From the NCBI GenBank assembly GCA_035532535.1, contig DATKQT010000035.1, positions 14,460 to 78,459 of the forward strand: a stretch of 64,000 nucleotides of DNA, read 5' to 3'. Position 1 is the first letter of the stretch; each line of letters starts with the position of its first letter. Source of the stretch: Gaiellaceae bacterium. GTDB lineage: Bacteria; Actinomycetota; Thermoleophilia; Gaiellales; Gaiellaceae. The position numbers were made by a program, and so were the translations under genes. Of this stretch, positions 9,403 to 21,561 are shown piece by piece. Under the pieces are notes generated by a model that ran no database searches, was not told where the DNA came from, and saw only the letters and a program-made list of their open reading frames with translations.

Positions 9403-10679
9403 GCCTCCGCCTCCGTCTCACGCTCGTCGCGGCGAGCGTCGTCGCGATCGTCGTCGCGGCTGCGTCGATGACGACCTACTTCGTCATGCGCCACGAGCTC
9501 TACTCGCAGGTGGACAGCGAGCTCGCGCAGCACGCGCAGGATCCGCGCGAGGCGTTCCGCGGGCCGAGCCCGTTCGGAGGCGACGTCGTCACGCTCGTCA
9601 ACTCCAACGGCCAACTGGCTGCTGGCGGGATCATCCCGCTCAGCGCGAGCATGCGCGCCGTTGCGGCTGGGACGCACGACGGCTTCTACCGCGACACGAC
9701 CATCTCGAGCTATCACGTGCGCCAGATCGTCGAGCCGCTCACCACAGGCGGCGCCGTGGTCGTCTCGCGCGCAGTCGCCTACATCGACCATGACCTGAGC
9801 CGCCTCCGGCTCATCCTCATCCTGGTGTCGCTCGGCGGCATCGCTGCCGCCACGCTCGCCGGCGCGCTCGTGTCGCGCGCGACGCTGGCTCCGGTGCGCC
9901 GCCTCACCGGTGCGGCGGAGCGCATCGCGGAGACCGGCGACCCGAGCGAGCGCGTGCCCGAGTCCGGCCGCGGCGAGCTCGCTCGACTCGGCACCTCCTT
10001 CAACACGATGCTCGCTGCCCTCGAGGACGCGATCGACACGCAGCGACGTTTCGTCGCCGATGCGTCGCACGAGCTCCGCACGCCGCTGACGAGCTTGCAG
10101 ACGAACATCGAGGTCCTGAAGCAGCAAGAGCGGCTCGACCCTTTGGCGCGACAGCGGCTCTTCGACGACCTGCAGCGGGAGGCGCACGAGATGCGCGACC
10201 TCATCGGCGGGTTGCTCGAGCTCGCGCGCGGCGACGACTCACGACTGGAGAAGACGACGTTCCGCTTCGACGAGCTCGTCGAGAGCGTCGTCGAGCGCGC
10301 GCGCAGCCGCTTCCCCGACCTCACGTTCGAGGCCACTGTCGAGCCGACCACCCTCACCGGCTCGAGCGACCGGCTCGAGCGCGCGGTGTGGAACCTGCTC
10401 GAGAACGCGGGCAAGTGGAGCGCGCCCGGATCGAGCGTCGACGTGACGCTGAGCGGCGGCGAGCTGCGCGTCCGCGACCACGGGCCGGGCATCGCAGCGG
10501 AGGACCGTGAGCACGTGTTCGACCGCTTCTACCGCTCCGCCGCCGCCCGCTCGCTCCCCGGCTCCGGTCTAGGGCTCGCGATCGTCCGCGAGGTGGCCGA
10601 GGCGCACGGCGGCACCGTCGTCGCCGAAGACGCGCCCGACGGCGGCGCGATTCTCACCCTTCGCTTGCAGAACTCTTAG
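9399..10679 (+). CDS. Sensor histidine kinase (2 TM, HAMP, HisKA, HATPase_c)
   Basis: ATGA overlap with the regulator stop. H-box [14 protein letters not shown] boxes [24 protein letters not shown]. Confidence 0.9.
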   Translation: MSLRLRLTLVAASVVAIVVAAASMTTYFVMRHELYSQVDSELAQHAQDPREAFRGPSPFGGDVVTLVNSNGQLAAGGIIPLSASMRAVAAGTHDGFYRDTTISSYHVRQIVEPLTTGGAVVVSRAVAYIDHDLSRLRLILILVSLGGIAAATLAGALVSRATLAPVRRLTGAAERIAETGDPSERVPESGRGELARLGTSFNTMLAALEDAIDTQRRFVADASHELRTPLTSLQTNIEVLKQQERLDPLARQRLFDDLQREAHEMRDLIGGLLELARGDDSRLEKTTFRFDELVESVVERARSRFPDLTFEATVEPTTLTGSSDRLERAVWNLLENAGKWSAPGSSVDVTLSGGELRVRDHGPGIAAEDREHVFDRFYRSAAARSLPGSGLGLAIVREVAEAHGGTVVAEDAPDGGAILTLRLQNS

Positions 10680-10686
10680 GCCGCTT

Positions 10687-10708
10687 TCATCTCGCAGTGG
10701 TGAGATGA
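10687..10708. terminator. Hairpin in the convergent spacer (kinase / glgX)
   Basis: TCATCTC-N8-GAGATGA, a 7-bp stem. Confidence 0.35.
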
Positions 10709-10740
10709 GATCACCCTCCTTCGACCGGTTCCTCCATGTC

Positions 10741-10780
10741 CGGCGCCTCCTCCTTCCCTTCCCCTGCTGAGGAGGCGCCG
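10741..10780. terminator. Strong hairpin in the convergent spacer (kinase / glgX), candidate bidirectional terminator
   Basis: CGGCGCCTCCTC-N16-GAGGAGGCGCCG, a 12-bp perfect GC-rich stem. This is one of only two convergent junctions in the window with room for a terminator. Confidence 0.6.
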
Positions 10781-10791
10781 GGCGCAACCGG

Positions 10792-12894
10792 CTATACCCG
10801 CCGCAGCAGCGTCAGCGAGCTGTCCTGCACGACGACCTCGGCGCGCGCGCCCACGGAACCCTCCGGCGCGGTGTCGCCGGTCGCGATCGCGACCTCCCAG
10901 CGTGCGCCGAACCGCCGCGTCGGGAGCGTGAAGGTCACCGGGTCGAAGTCCGCATTGAAGAGCAACAGGAAGGAGTCGTCCACGACCTCCTCTCCGTGCG
11001 CGGTGCGCGAGGGGATCTCGTCGCCGTTCAGAAACACGCCGAGGGTGCGCCCCGGTTCCTGCTGCCAGTCGCGCTGAGTCATCCTGCGCCCGTCCGGGCG
11101 AAACCACCACACGTCCGGCAGGCCCGAGCCGCGCGTCTCCGTCCCGGACAGGAAGGTCTCGCGGCGGAACACGGGATGATCTCGGCGCAGCCGGATCAGG
11201 TCGCGGACGAACGCGAGCAAATCCGCGTCCGCGTGCTCCCAGTCGAACCACGAGATCTCGTTGTCCTGGCACCACGCGTTGTTGTTTCCGTGCTGCGTGC
11301 GTCCGATCTCGTCGCCGCCGAGCAGCATCGGTATCCCCTGCGAGAGCAGCAGCGTTGCGACGAAGTTGCGCTGCTGCCGCGCGCGCACCGCGCTGATCTT
11401 CGTATCGTCCGTCTCGCCCTCGATGCCGTGGTTCCAGGAGCGGTTGTCGTCCGTGCCGTCGCGGCCGCCCTCGCCGTTCGCGTCGTTGTGCTTCTGGTTG
11501 TACGAGACGAGGTCGCGCAGCGTGAAGCCGTCGTGCGCCGTGACGAAGTTGATCGATGCGAACGGCTCGCGCCCGTCGGCCTGATAGAGGTCGCTCGAGC
11601 CGGTGAATCGCGAGGCGAACCCGCCGAGGTTGCCGCTCCCGCGCCAGAAGTCGCGCATCGTGTCGCGGTACGGGCCGTTCCACTCCGCCCACAGCACCGG
11701 GAAGTTGCCCACCTGATAGCCGCCGGGTCCGACGTCCCACGGCTCTGCGATCAGCTTCGCCTGCGAGATGACCGGATCCTGGTGGATGGTGTCGAAGAAC
11801 GTCGACAAACGGTCGACCTCGTAGAACTCGCGCGCGAGCGCGGAGGCGAGATCGAACCGGAACCCGTCGACGTGGCACTCGATCACGAAGTAGCGGAGCG
11901 AGTCCATGATCAGTCGCAGCACCGACGGGTGCACCGGGTTGAGCGAGTTGCCCGTGCCGGTGAAGTCCTGGTAGAAGCGCGGAGCGTCCGGCATGAGCCG
12001 GTAGTACGACTCGTTGTCGACGCCCTTGAACGCGAGCATCGGGCCAAGGTGATTCCCCTCGGCCGTGTGGTTGTAGACGACGTCGAGGATCACCTCGATG
12101 CCGGCGCGGTGCAGCGCCTTGACCATCCCCTTGAACTCGAGCAGCTGTTCCCCGCGCGACCCCGTCGCCGCGTACAGCGCGTGCGGGGCCAGATACCCGA
12201 TGGACGAGTAGCCCCAGTAGTTCGTCAGCCCTTCGTCGTGCAGGAACTGCTCGTCGGCGATGTGGTGGATCGGCAGCAGCTCGACCGCGGTGACGCCGAG
12301 CTCGCGCAGGTAGGCGATCGCTCCCTCCGACGCGAGACCGGCATACGTCCCGCGCAGGTCGTCGCGGACGTTCGGAAGAAGACGCGTGAGTCCCTTCACG
12401 TGCGCCTCGTAGATAACCGTGTCGTGCCACGGCGTTGCCGGTGGGGCGTCGTCCTCCCAGTTGAACGACGTGTCGACGACGACGCACTTCGGGATCGCCT
12501 GCGCGTCGTCCTCGTCGTCGAGCTCGAGGTCCGCGTCCGGATCGGGACCGGGACCGTACGGGAGCACGTTCGCGCGCTCCCACCGGATCGGCCCCTCGAT
12601 CGACTTCGCGTACGGATCGATCAGGAGCTTGTACGGGTTGAAGCGGCGGCCCGACGCCGGATCGTAGGCGCCGTGCACGCGATACCCGTACAACTGCCCC
12701 GGGCGGACGTCCGGGAGGTAACAGTGCCAGTTGAAGGCCGTCCGCTCGACAACGTCGATGCGCGTCTCCTGGCCGGCAGCGTCGAACAGGCACAGCTCGA
12801 CGCTCTCCGCGTTCTCGGAGAAGAGCGAGAAGTTCGTTCCCGCGCCGTCCCAAGTCGCCCCGAGCGGGAACGGCGTACCCGGCCAGACGAGCAT
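10792..12894 (-). CDS. glgX: Glycogen debranching enzyme
   Basis: 700 aa. CBM48-like N-terminus (PLGATWDGAGTNFSLFS). GH13 motifs VILDVVYNHT, GFRFDLA, AEPWD, FVTAHDGF. Confidence 0.95.
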   Translation of the reverse strand: MLVWPGTPFPLGATWDGAGTNFSLFSENAESVELCLFDAAGQETRIDVVERTAFNWHCYLPDVRPGQLYGYRVHGAYDPASGRRFNPYKLLIDPYAKSIEGPIRWERANVLPYGPGPDPDADLELDDEDDAQAIPKCVVVDTSFNWEDDAPPATPWHDTVIYEAHVKGLTRLLPNVRDDLRGTYAGLASEGAIAYLRELGVTAVELLPIHHIADEQFLHDEGLTNYWGYSSIGYLAPHALYAATGSRGEQLLEFKGMVKALHRAGIEVILDVVYNHTAEGNHLGPMLAFKGVDNESYYRLMPDAPRFYQDFTGTGNSLNPVHPSVLRLIMDSLRYFVIECHVDGFRFDLASALAREFYEVDRLSTFFDTIHQDPVISQAKLIAEPWDVGPGGYQVGNFPVLWAEWNGPYRDTMRDFWRGSGNLGGFASRFTGSSDLYQADGREPFASINFVTAHDGFTLRDLVSYNQKHNDANGEGGRDGTDDNRSWNHGIEGETDDTKISAVRARQQRNFVATLLLSQGIPMLLGGDEIGRTQHGNNNAWCQDNEISWFDWEHADADLLAFVRDLIRLRRDHPVFRRETFLSGTETRGSGLPDVWWFRPDGRRMTQRDWQQEPGRTLGVFLNGDEIPSRTAHGEEVVDDSFLLLFNADFDPVTFTLPTRRFGARWEVAIATGDTAPEGSVGARAEVVVQDSSLTLLRRV

Positions 12895-14588
12895 TACCTA
12901 CCGACCGCGTAGCCCTGCATCCCGCGCGGGTTGGCGCCCGCAACCACCTGGCCGTCGGGATCGCGCCCGACCATGCTCACCCGGCCGAGTGACCACGGAT
13001 CCGACTCCTCGACGTCGTGGCCGCGGGCTCGGAGGCCGTCGAGCGTCTCCCGGCCCGCCCGCGATTCGACCGCGACGTGCCGCGGCCGCGTCTCACGCGG
13101 GTAGAACGAACTCGGGAAGGCCTCCGTGTGATGGTTCGGAGCGTCGATCGCGGCTTGCAGGTTCATGCCGAAGTGCACGTGCGCGAGGAATGCGTGCAGC
13201 GTCCACTGATCCTGCTGGTCACCGCCCGGCGTGCCGAGCGCGAGGACGGGCTCGCCGTCGCGGAGCGCGAGCGTCGGCGACAGTGTCGTGCGCGGCCGCT
13301 TCCTTGGCTCCAGCGAGTTGGGCAAGCCCTCCTCGAGCCAGAACATCTGCGCGCGCGTGCCGAGGCAGAAGCCGAGCTCGGGGATGACCGGCGCGCCCCA
13401 CAGCCAGCCCCCGCTCGGCGTAGCCGAGACCATGTTTCCCCACCGGTCGACGACGTCGATGTGCACGGTGTCGCCGCGCGTCGGCTCGCCGACGCCGGGG
13501 GCGAGCGCGCCGACGACCGGCGCAGGCAGACGCGGATGGTCGCCACCCGGACGCAGCTCGGGGGAGGATTCGTCGCCCACGAGCTCCCGCCGCTCCGCGG
13601 CGTACTCTCGCGAGAGCAGCATCTCCATGGGCACGTCGACGAAGTCGGGGTCGCCGTACCACGCTTCGCGGTCCGCGAACGCGAGCTTCGCGCACTCGGT
13701 GACGACGTGGATGTACTCGGCGCTTGCGTGGCCCATGCCGGCCAGGTCGAAGCCCTCGAGCAGGCGGAGCTGCTGGAGGAACACCGGCGCCTGGCTCCAC
13801 GGGCCCGCCTTGAGCACCGTAAGGCCGTGGTAGTCGACCGCGAGCGGTTGCTCGATCGTCGGCCGCCACTCGCTCAAATCGTCCGCGGCCAGCAATCCTC
13901 GATGCCTGACACCGGAGCTGTCCATCCATTCGCGTTCCTGGAACGCGACGATCGCCTCGGCGACGAAGCCGCGGTACCAGTCGTCGAGGGGGTCGCGCGA
14001 CGCGGCCAGCCGTTTGTACGTTTCCGCGAGCCGCTGGTTGCGGTGCAGCGTGCCGGGCTCGAGCGCCGACAGATAGACGTTCGCCGACGTCGTCCACTCG
14101 TCCCGGAAGAGCGACTCGACGTTGCCGATCGCGTTCGCGATCCGCGGCAGCACGGGATAGCCGTTCTCGGCGTAGTCGATCGCGAAGCGCATGACCTCCG
14201 CGAGCGGCATCGTCCCGAAGTCGCGCAGCATCGTGAGCCAGCCGCCGAATGCGCCCGGGACGACAGCCGACAGCGGCCCGGTGCCGGGAACGAGCTCGAG
14301 GCCGAGCTCCTCGCGATAGTGCGCGATCGTCGCCGCGCGCGGAGCCGTTCCCTGCGCGCACAAGACGACCGGCTCGCCGCTCGAGACGGGCCACAGGATC
14401 GCGGGGAGATCGCCGCCGGGGCCGTTCAGGTGCGGCTCGACGACCTGCAGCGTGAATCCTGCTGCGACAGCGGCGTCGAAGGCGTTGCCGCCGCGCTCGA
14501 GCACGGCCATGCCGGCGGACGACGCAAGCCAGTGCGTCGACGCGACCATGCCGAAGGTGCCACGGAGCTCGGGGCGCGTGGTGAACAC
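12894..14588 (-). CDS. ggt: Gamma-glutamyltransferase-family Ntn hydrolase, no signal peptide
   Basis: 564 aa. MVASTHWLAS..GGNAFDAAVA; candidate autoprocessing Thr in RGDTVHIDVVD; GTPGGDQQ. The stop overlaps the glgX ATG (TAATG). Confidence 0.85.
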   Translation of the reverse strand: MFTTRPELRGTFGMVASTHWLASSAGMAVLERGGNAFDAAVAAGFTLQVVEPHLNGPGGDLPAILWPVSSGEPVVLCAQGTAPRAATIAHYREELGLELVPGTGPLSAVVPGAFGGWLTMLRDFGTMPLAEVMRFAIDYAENGYPVLPRIANAIGNVESLFRDEWTTSANVYLSALEPGTLHRNQRLAETYKRLAASRDPLDDWYRGFVAEAIVAFQEREWMDSSGVRHRGLLAADDLSEWRPTIEQPLAVDYHGLTVLKAGPWSQAPVFLQQLRLLEGFDLAGMGHASAEYIHVVTECAKLAFADREAWYGDPDFVDVPMEMLLSREYAAERRELVGDESSPELRPGGDHPRLPAPVVGALAPGVGEPTRGDTVHIDVVDRWGNMVSATPSGGWLWGAPVIPELGFCLGTRAQMFWLEEGLPNSLEPRKRPRTTLSPTLALRDGEPVLALGTPGGDQQDQWTLHAFLAHVHFGMNLQAAIDAPNHHTEAFPSSFYPRETRPRHVAVESRAGRETLDGLRARGHDVEESDPWSLGRVSMVGRDPDGQVVAGANPRGMQGYAVGR

Positions 14589-14617
14589 GCCCGCGGACGA
14601 TAGACGAGCGTCGGCCG

Positions 14618-16756
14618 TTACTCAGGCACGAACCACACGGCGCCGAGCGGCGGCAGCGTCAGGAGCGCCGAGAACGGCTGGTCGTGCCAGCCCACCGGCT
14701 CGGCCTCGACGCCGCCGAGATTGCCGACGCCGGACCCGCCGTAGAACGGCGAGTCGGAGTTGAGCAGCTCACGCCACCTGCAGCAGAGCGGCATGCCGAC
14801 GCGATAGTCGTAGCGCGGGACGGGGGACAGGTTGAGCACGCAGACGAGCGGCCGGTCACCGGCGTCGTCCAGCCGCGCAAACGCAAGCACGTTGTTCGAC
14901 GCGTCGTTGGCCTCGAGCCAGCGGAAGCCGTCCGGGGCGACATCGCGCTCGTACAGCGCAGGCGTATCGCGATACGCGCGGTTCAGGTCGCGGACGAGCG
15001 ACTGCACGCCGGCGTGCTCTGCGTACTCGAGCAGATTCCAGTGCAACGACCCTTCGGCGTTCCACTCCTCCCACTCGCCCAGCTCGCCGCCCATGAAGAG
15101 GAGCTTCTTGCCGGGGTGCGCCCACATGTACGCGTACAGCGAGCGCAGATTGGCAAACTTCTGCCACCGGTCTCCGGGCATCTTGTCGAGCAGCGACCGC
15201 TTGCCGTGCACGACCTCGTCATGCGACAGCGGGAGGATGAAGTTCTCGCTGAACGCGTACAGGAGCGAGAACGTCAACGTGTGGTGGTTGAAGCTGCGAT
15301 AGACGGGGTCCTTCTGGAAGTACACGAGCGTGTCGTGCATCCAGCCCATGTTCCACTTGAAGCCGAAGCCGAGCCCGCCCAGGTACGTCGGCCGCGACAC
15401 GCCGGGCCATGCAGTCGACTCCTCGGCGGCCGAAATGACGCCGGGCACGCGCCCGAACATCGTTTCGTTCATCTCCTTCAGGAACGCGACCGCGTCCAGA
15501 TCCTCGCGGCCGCCGTACTCGTTCGGGATCCACTCCCCGGCCTTGCGCGAGTAGTCGAGATAGAGCATCGACGCGACGGCGTCGACGCGGATCCCGTCGG
15601 CGTGATGCTCGCGCAGCCAGTAGAGCGCGTTCGCGAGCAGGAAGTTCTTCACCTCGCTGCGGCCGAGGTTGAAGACGAGCGTCCCCCAGTCCGGATGCGC
15701 GCCGCGCCGCGGGTCGGCGTGCTCGTACAGGTGCGTGCCGTCGAACGTGGCTAGTGCCCAGTCGTCGCGCGGGAAGTGCGCGGGCACCCAGTCGAGGATG
15801 ACGCCGATGCCGCGCTCGTGCATGCGCTCGACGAAGGCGCGGAAGTCGTCGGGGTCGCCGAAACGTGACGTCGGCGCGAAGTAGCCGGTGACCTGGTAGC
15901 CCCACGACCCCGAGAACGGGTGCTCCATCACCGGGAGTAGCTCGACGTGCGTGAAGCCGAGGTCGGACACGTAGTCGGCGAGCTCGTCCGCGAGCTCGCG
16001 GTACGTGAGCGGGCGGTTGCCCTCGACCGGGTTGCGCCGCCACGAGCCGAGATGCACCTCGTAGATCGACATCGGTTGGCGCAACGGCTCCGACCCCGCG
16101 CGCTGCTCGATCCACGCGTCGTCGGACCAGACGTGCTCGGAACGGAACACGCGCGACGCGTTGCCGGGCGGGACCTCGGCGTGGAACGCGAGGGGGTCCG
16201 CTTTCAGCCGCAGGCGGCCATCCTGCGAGCGGACCTCGAACTTGTAATACGAGCCTGGCGCAACGTCGGGGACGAAAAGCTCCCAGATGCCGGACGAGCC
16301 GAGCGACCGCATCGGGTGCAGGCGGCCGTCCCAGGAGTTGAAGTCACCGACGACGGCGACGGAGCGCGCGTTCGGCGCCCAGACGGCGAACGCGGTGCCC
16401 GTGACGCCGTCGATCTCGCGCACGTGCGCGCCGAGCTTCTCGTACAGCTGCTCGTGCCGTCCCTCCATGACCAGGTGGAGGTCGAAGTCGCCGAGCGTCG
16501 GCAAGAACGCGTACGGGTCGCGCACCGTGAACGTGCTGCCGTTCGGATAGTCGACTTCGAGCTGGTAGGTGAGCGGCAGCCGCGCCTTCGGAAGCATCGC
16601 CTCCCACAGGCCGGCGGGATCCTTCAGCTCTGCATCGACGCCGGCGGGCTGAACGCGTACCGCCTGCGCTTCCGGCCGGAACACACGCACGACGACGCCG
16701 CCGTTCGCCTCATGCGCGCCGAGGATCGCATGCGGATCCGCCCCCAGTTCGATCAC
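14618..16756 (-). CDS. glgB: 1,4-alpha-glucan branching enzyme
   Basis: ORF 14618..16978 trimmed to GTG 16756, which overlaps the mak stop (GTGA). Motifs VILDWVPAHF, GIRVDAVASMLY, AEESTAWP, LSHDEVVHGK. Confidence 0.9.
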   Translation of the reverse strand: MIELGADPHAILGAHEANGGVVVRVFRPEAQAVRVQPAGVDAELKDPAGLWEAMLPKARLPLTYQLEVDYPNGSTFTVRDPYAFLPTLGDFDLHLVMEGRHEQLYEKLGAHVREIDGVTGTAFAVWAPNARSVAVVGDFNSWDGRLHPMRSLGSSGIWELFVPDVAPGSYYKFEVRSQDGRLRLKADPLAFHAEVPPGNASRVFRSEHVWSDDAWIEQRAGSEPLRQPMSIYEVHLGSWRRNPVEGNRPLTYRELADELADYVSDLGFTHVELLPVMEHPFSGSWGYQVTGYFAPTSRFGDPDDFRAFVERMHERGIGVILDWVPAHFPRDDWALATFDGTHLYEHADPRRGAHPDWGTLVFNLGRSEVKNFLLANALYWLREHHADGIRVDAVASMLYLDYSRKAGEWIPNEYGGREDLDAVAFLKEMNETMFGRVPGVISAAEESTAWPGVSRPTYLGGLGFGFKWNMGWMHDTLVYFQKDPVYRSFNHHTLTFSLLYAFSENFILPLSHDEVVHGKRSLLDKMPGDRWQKFANLRSLYAYMWAHPGKKLLFMGGELGEWEEWNAEGSLHWNLLEYAEHAGVQSLVRDLNRAYRDTPALYERDVAPDGFRWLEANDASNNVLAFARLDDAGDRPLVCVLNLSPVPRYDYRVGMPLCCRWRELLNSDSPFYGGSGVGNLGGVEAEPVGWHDQPFSALLTLPPLGAVWFVPE

Positions 16757-18062
16757 GCGCGGGTGGAGGTCTCCTCGATCAGACGCTGGATGCCGCGCAC
16801 CGGGATACCGACCCAGTCCGGACGGTTGTCGAGCTCGTACTGGAGCTCGTACACCGCCTTCTCGAGCTCGAACACCGAGAGCAGGCGGTCGATCGCGGGC
16901 GCGCCCGCCGGCAGGAGAGCCGGGTCGACCGTCTCGAAATAGCCCTCGAGGAACCGGGCGCGCGCCTGCTCCTCCCATCCGTCCGGCGGCTCGACATCGC
17001 GCAGCAGCGAGACGGCGCTCGCCACATATGCGAACGAGCGCAGCATCCCGGCGACGTCGCGCAAGGCGGAGCGCTTGCGCCGTCGCTCTGCGAGCGAGCG
17101 CGCCGGCTCACCCTCGAAGTCGAGGATGACCCAGTCGTCGCCCGCCCACATGGTCTGGCCGAGGTGGTAGTCGCCGTGCGTACGGATGGACTGACCAGCC
17201 GCGCCGGCGTGCGTGAGTTGGCGGAGCTGGTCGCGAACCTCCTCACCGCGGCCCGCGATCGGCGACACCGCCTCTTCCTCGTCCGAGAGCGAGAGGAAGA
17301 CGCGTGCGATCTCCTCGTCAACGGTCGCCGTCAGCAGGCCGAGCGCCTCGACGCTCGGAGACTCGGGGCAGAAGGCGGGATCGTTCGCCTCGGAAGCGAG
17401 CACCGTGTGCATCTCGCCGGTCACTTCCCCGAGGCGACCGAGGCGCGACAGGAACCGCTCCGGCTCCTCGGCGAGCTCGTCGAGAGCAAGCTCCCAGCCG
17501 TCGAGCCCGCCGCGCACGTACTCCTGCAGGATTCCGAGGGTGGCCGAGAGCGGCCCGCCTGCATACGCGTACCAGCCACCGAGTGCGGCGATGTTCGGGA
17601 AGCCGTGCTCGGTGAGGAAGCGCAGCATCTCCAGCTCGGGGTTGAGCCCGGGCTCGAGGCGGCGGAAGACTTTGAGGACGAGCTCGTCGTCGAAGACGAC
17701 GGACGTGTTCGACTGCTCGGCGCCGACGTCGCGTGCGTCGCTCAACTCGCGGCCGAGACCGGCGAAGCCGGGAACGGGGCGAAACTCGACGATGCCTTCG
17801 GACCCCTGGAGCGTGAGACCGGAGCGCATCGCGCTGACGAGCTCGCGCGCGAGACCGAAGGTCTCCTCCTCCGGGACCAGCAGCTGGTAGATGTCGTGCG
17901 CGCCGGTGTCGTAGCGCAACTCGGCGAGTGCAAGCGCGAACTGCGGACCGGCGGCGCGCAACACGACGGAGTCCAACACCTGCGCGTGTGAGACGTCGCG
18001 CGACTTCCCGCCGTACCACCGCTGCTGCACGATGCCGTCGATGAGCGATTGCTCGTCGAAGC

Positions 18063-18066
<4 letters not shown>
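16753..18066 (-). CDS. mak: Maltokinase (maltose-1-phosphate forming)
   Basis: ORF trimmed to ATG 18066 (MSFDEQSL..), which overlaps the treS stop (ATGA). Kinase loop [20 protein letters not shown]. Confidence 0.85.
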
Positions 18067-19711
<1,645 letters not shown>

Positions 19712-19715
<4 letters not shown>

Positions 19716-21523
19716 CGGACAACCTTAAGCACGTGGCTCTTCCCAGGCGGCAGCTCGACGAAGTTGCGGCCGATGTGCCACGTCCACTCGGCTCCGGCGA
19801 GGAGGTCGCCCACCTTGTAGGTCGGCGGGAGGCCGGTCGCGACCGGAAGGATGCACACCCCGCGCTGAGCCGCCGTCGGGTCGAGGTTGACGACGACGAT
19901 CACGTCGTTGTCGCCCGCGCGCTTCAGATAGGCGAACAGCTGCTCGTTCTCGGTCTCGAGGAACGTGATGTTGTCGAGGCGCTGCAGCGCAGCGTTTTCC
20001 CGTCGCGCTCGGTTGAGCGTCGCGATGAGCGGCAGCAGCGGGCCGTCGAGTCGCCGCTTCTTCACCTGGTACTTCTCCGAGTCCAGGTATTCCTCGCTGC
20101 CTTCGCGCAGCGGCACGTTCTCGAAGCTCTCGAAGCCGGAGTAGATCCCGTAGGCCGGCGAGAGCGTGGCGGCGAGCACGAGCCGGGCCTCGAACGCGGG
20201 CGGCCCGCCGCGTTGCAGGTACTCGTGCAGGATGTCAGGCGTGTTCGTGAACACGTTCGGCCGGTAGATCTCCGACCAGTCGAGCAGCTGGCCCATGAAC
20301 TCCAGGAGCTCCCAGCGCGTGTTCTTCCATGTGAAATACGTGTAGCTCTGTGCGAACCCGGACTTCGCGAGCGTCGTCATCATCGCGGGGCGCGTGAACG
20401 CCTCGGCGAGGAAGATCACCTCCGGATGGTCGCGCCGCACCTCGTCGATGAGCCACTCCCAGAAGGGCACCGGCTTCGTATGCGGGTTGTCGACGCGGAA
20501 GACGGTGACGCCGCGCTCGACCCAGGTGAGGACGACGTCTCGCAGCGCTGCCCAGAGCCCTTTCCAGTCCTCGCTCTCGAAGTTGACGTTGTAGATGTCC
20601 TGGTAGCGCTTCGGCGGGTTCTCGGCGTACTTCAACGTCCCGTCCGGGCGGCGGTTGAACCACTCGGGGTGCTCCTCGAGCCACGGGTGGTCGGGCGAGC
20701 ACTGGATGGCGAAGTCGATCGCGATCTCGATGCCGTGCTCCCTCGCGTCGGCGACGAGCCGCTCGAACTCCTTCAGGGAGCCAAGATCGGGATGGACCGC
20801 GTCGTGCCCGCCGTCGCTGCTGCCGATCGCCCACGGGCTGCCCGGATCCTTCGGGCCTGCAGTGAGCGTGTTGTTGCGGCCTTTGCGATTCGTGCGTCCG
20901 ATCGGATGGATTGGCGGCAGGTAGAGCACGTCGAAGCCGAGCTCGGCGAACTCCGGCAACAGCTTGCGCACGCCCTCGAAGCCGCCCCACGATCGTGGGA
21001 AGAGCTCGTACCACGAACCGAACCGCGCAAGCACGCGGTCGACGTCCACCTCGTACACCTCTGACGACGCCATTCCGGAGCGGTCGCCCGGCGGCGCGGC
21101 GAGCGCCTCCGCGACCGTCACGGTCGCGCGGCCGAGCAGGGCGGCGCCCTCGGCGAGCTCGCTGCTGACGTCCTCCTGGCCGCCCTCGACCTTGCGCCGC
21201 AATTCGTCCTGAAAGGAGGCGGTCCGGTCCGTCCATGCCTCGATGCGAAACGACCACGCGCCGGGACGGTCGACCGGGAAGGAGCCGGACCAGTGGTCGT
21301 TGCCGAGCGCGGCCAGCGGCGCCTCCTGCCAGCGCGAGGTCCCGGCCGGCCGGTAGCGCACGACCGCGCCGAGGACGTCGTGCCCGTCGCGAAAGATTCG
21401 CGCTGCGACCTCGACGCGCTCCCCGGCGACGCGCTTCACCGGGAAGCGCCCGCAGTCGACCTGCGGCACGACCTCGAGGATCTGGATGCGCGGCGGCGGT
21501 GTGGATGTCTTCGGCAGTGGCAC
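19712..21523 (-). CDS. glgE: Alpha-1,4-glucan:maltose-1-phosphate maltosyltransferase
   Basis: ORF 19712..21922 trimmed to GTG 21523, the only in-frame start upstream of the conserved [18 protein letters not shown] segment. Motifs [56 protein letters not shown]. Confidence 0.85.
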
Positions 21524-21561
21524 AGGCGCAGGAAGTCTCCCGGATGGGAGAGGATCAATAC

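Noticed and set aside
10676-12943. A 755-aa ORF in an alternative frame over glgX
   Set aside because: It is an Arg-rich nonsense translation. The 10792-12894 frame carries every GH13 and CBM48 motif.
12894-14588. The ggt gene as a horizontally acquired insertion in the glg operon
   Set aside because: It has no flanking direct or inverted repeats and no integrase. Composition and codon style look like the neighbours by eye, and its stop overlaps the glgX start. It is kept as a finding about function, not as a mobile element.
21544-21561. ATG 21544 as the malQ start. Similar cases are ATG 34265 for arsR, ATG 35544 for phoP and GTG 60650 for the unknown gene.
   Set aside because: Downstream starts fit better, either with a Shine-Dalgarno sequence (malQ) or with -10 hexamer spacing and typical family N-termini. 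These are judgement calls and the upstream starts remain possible.
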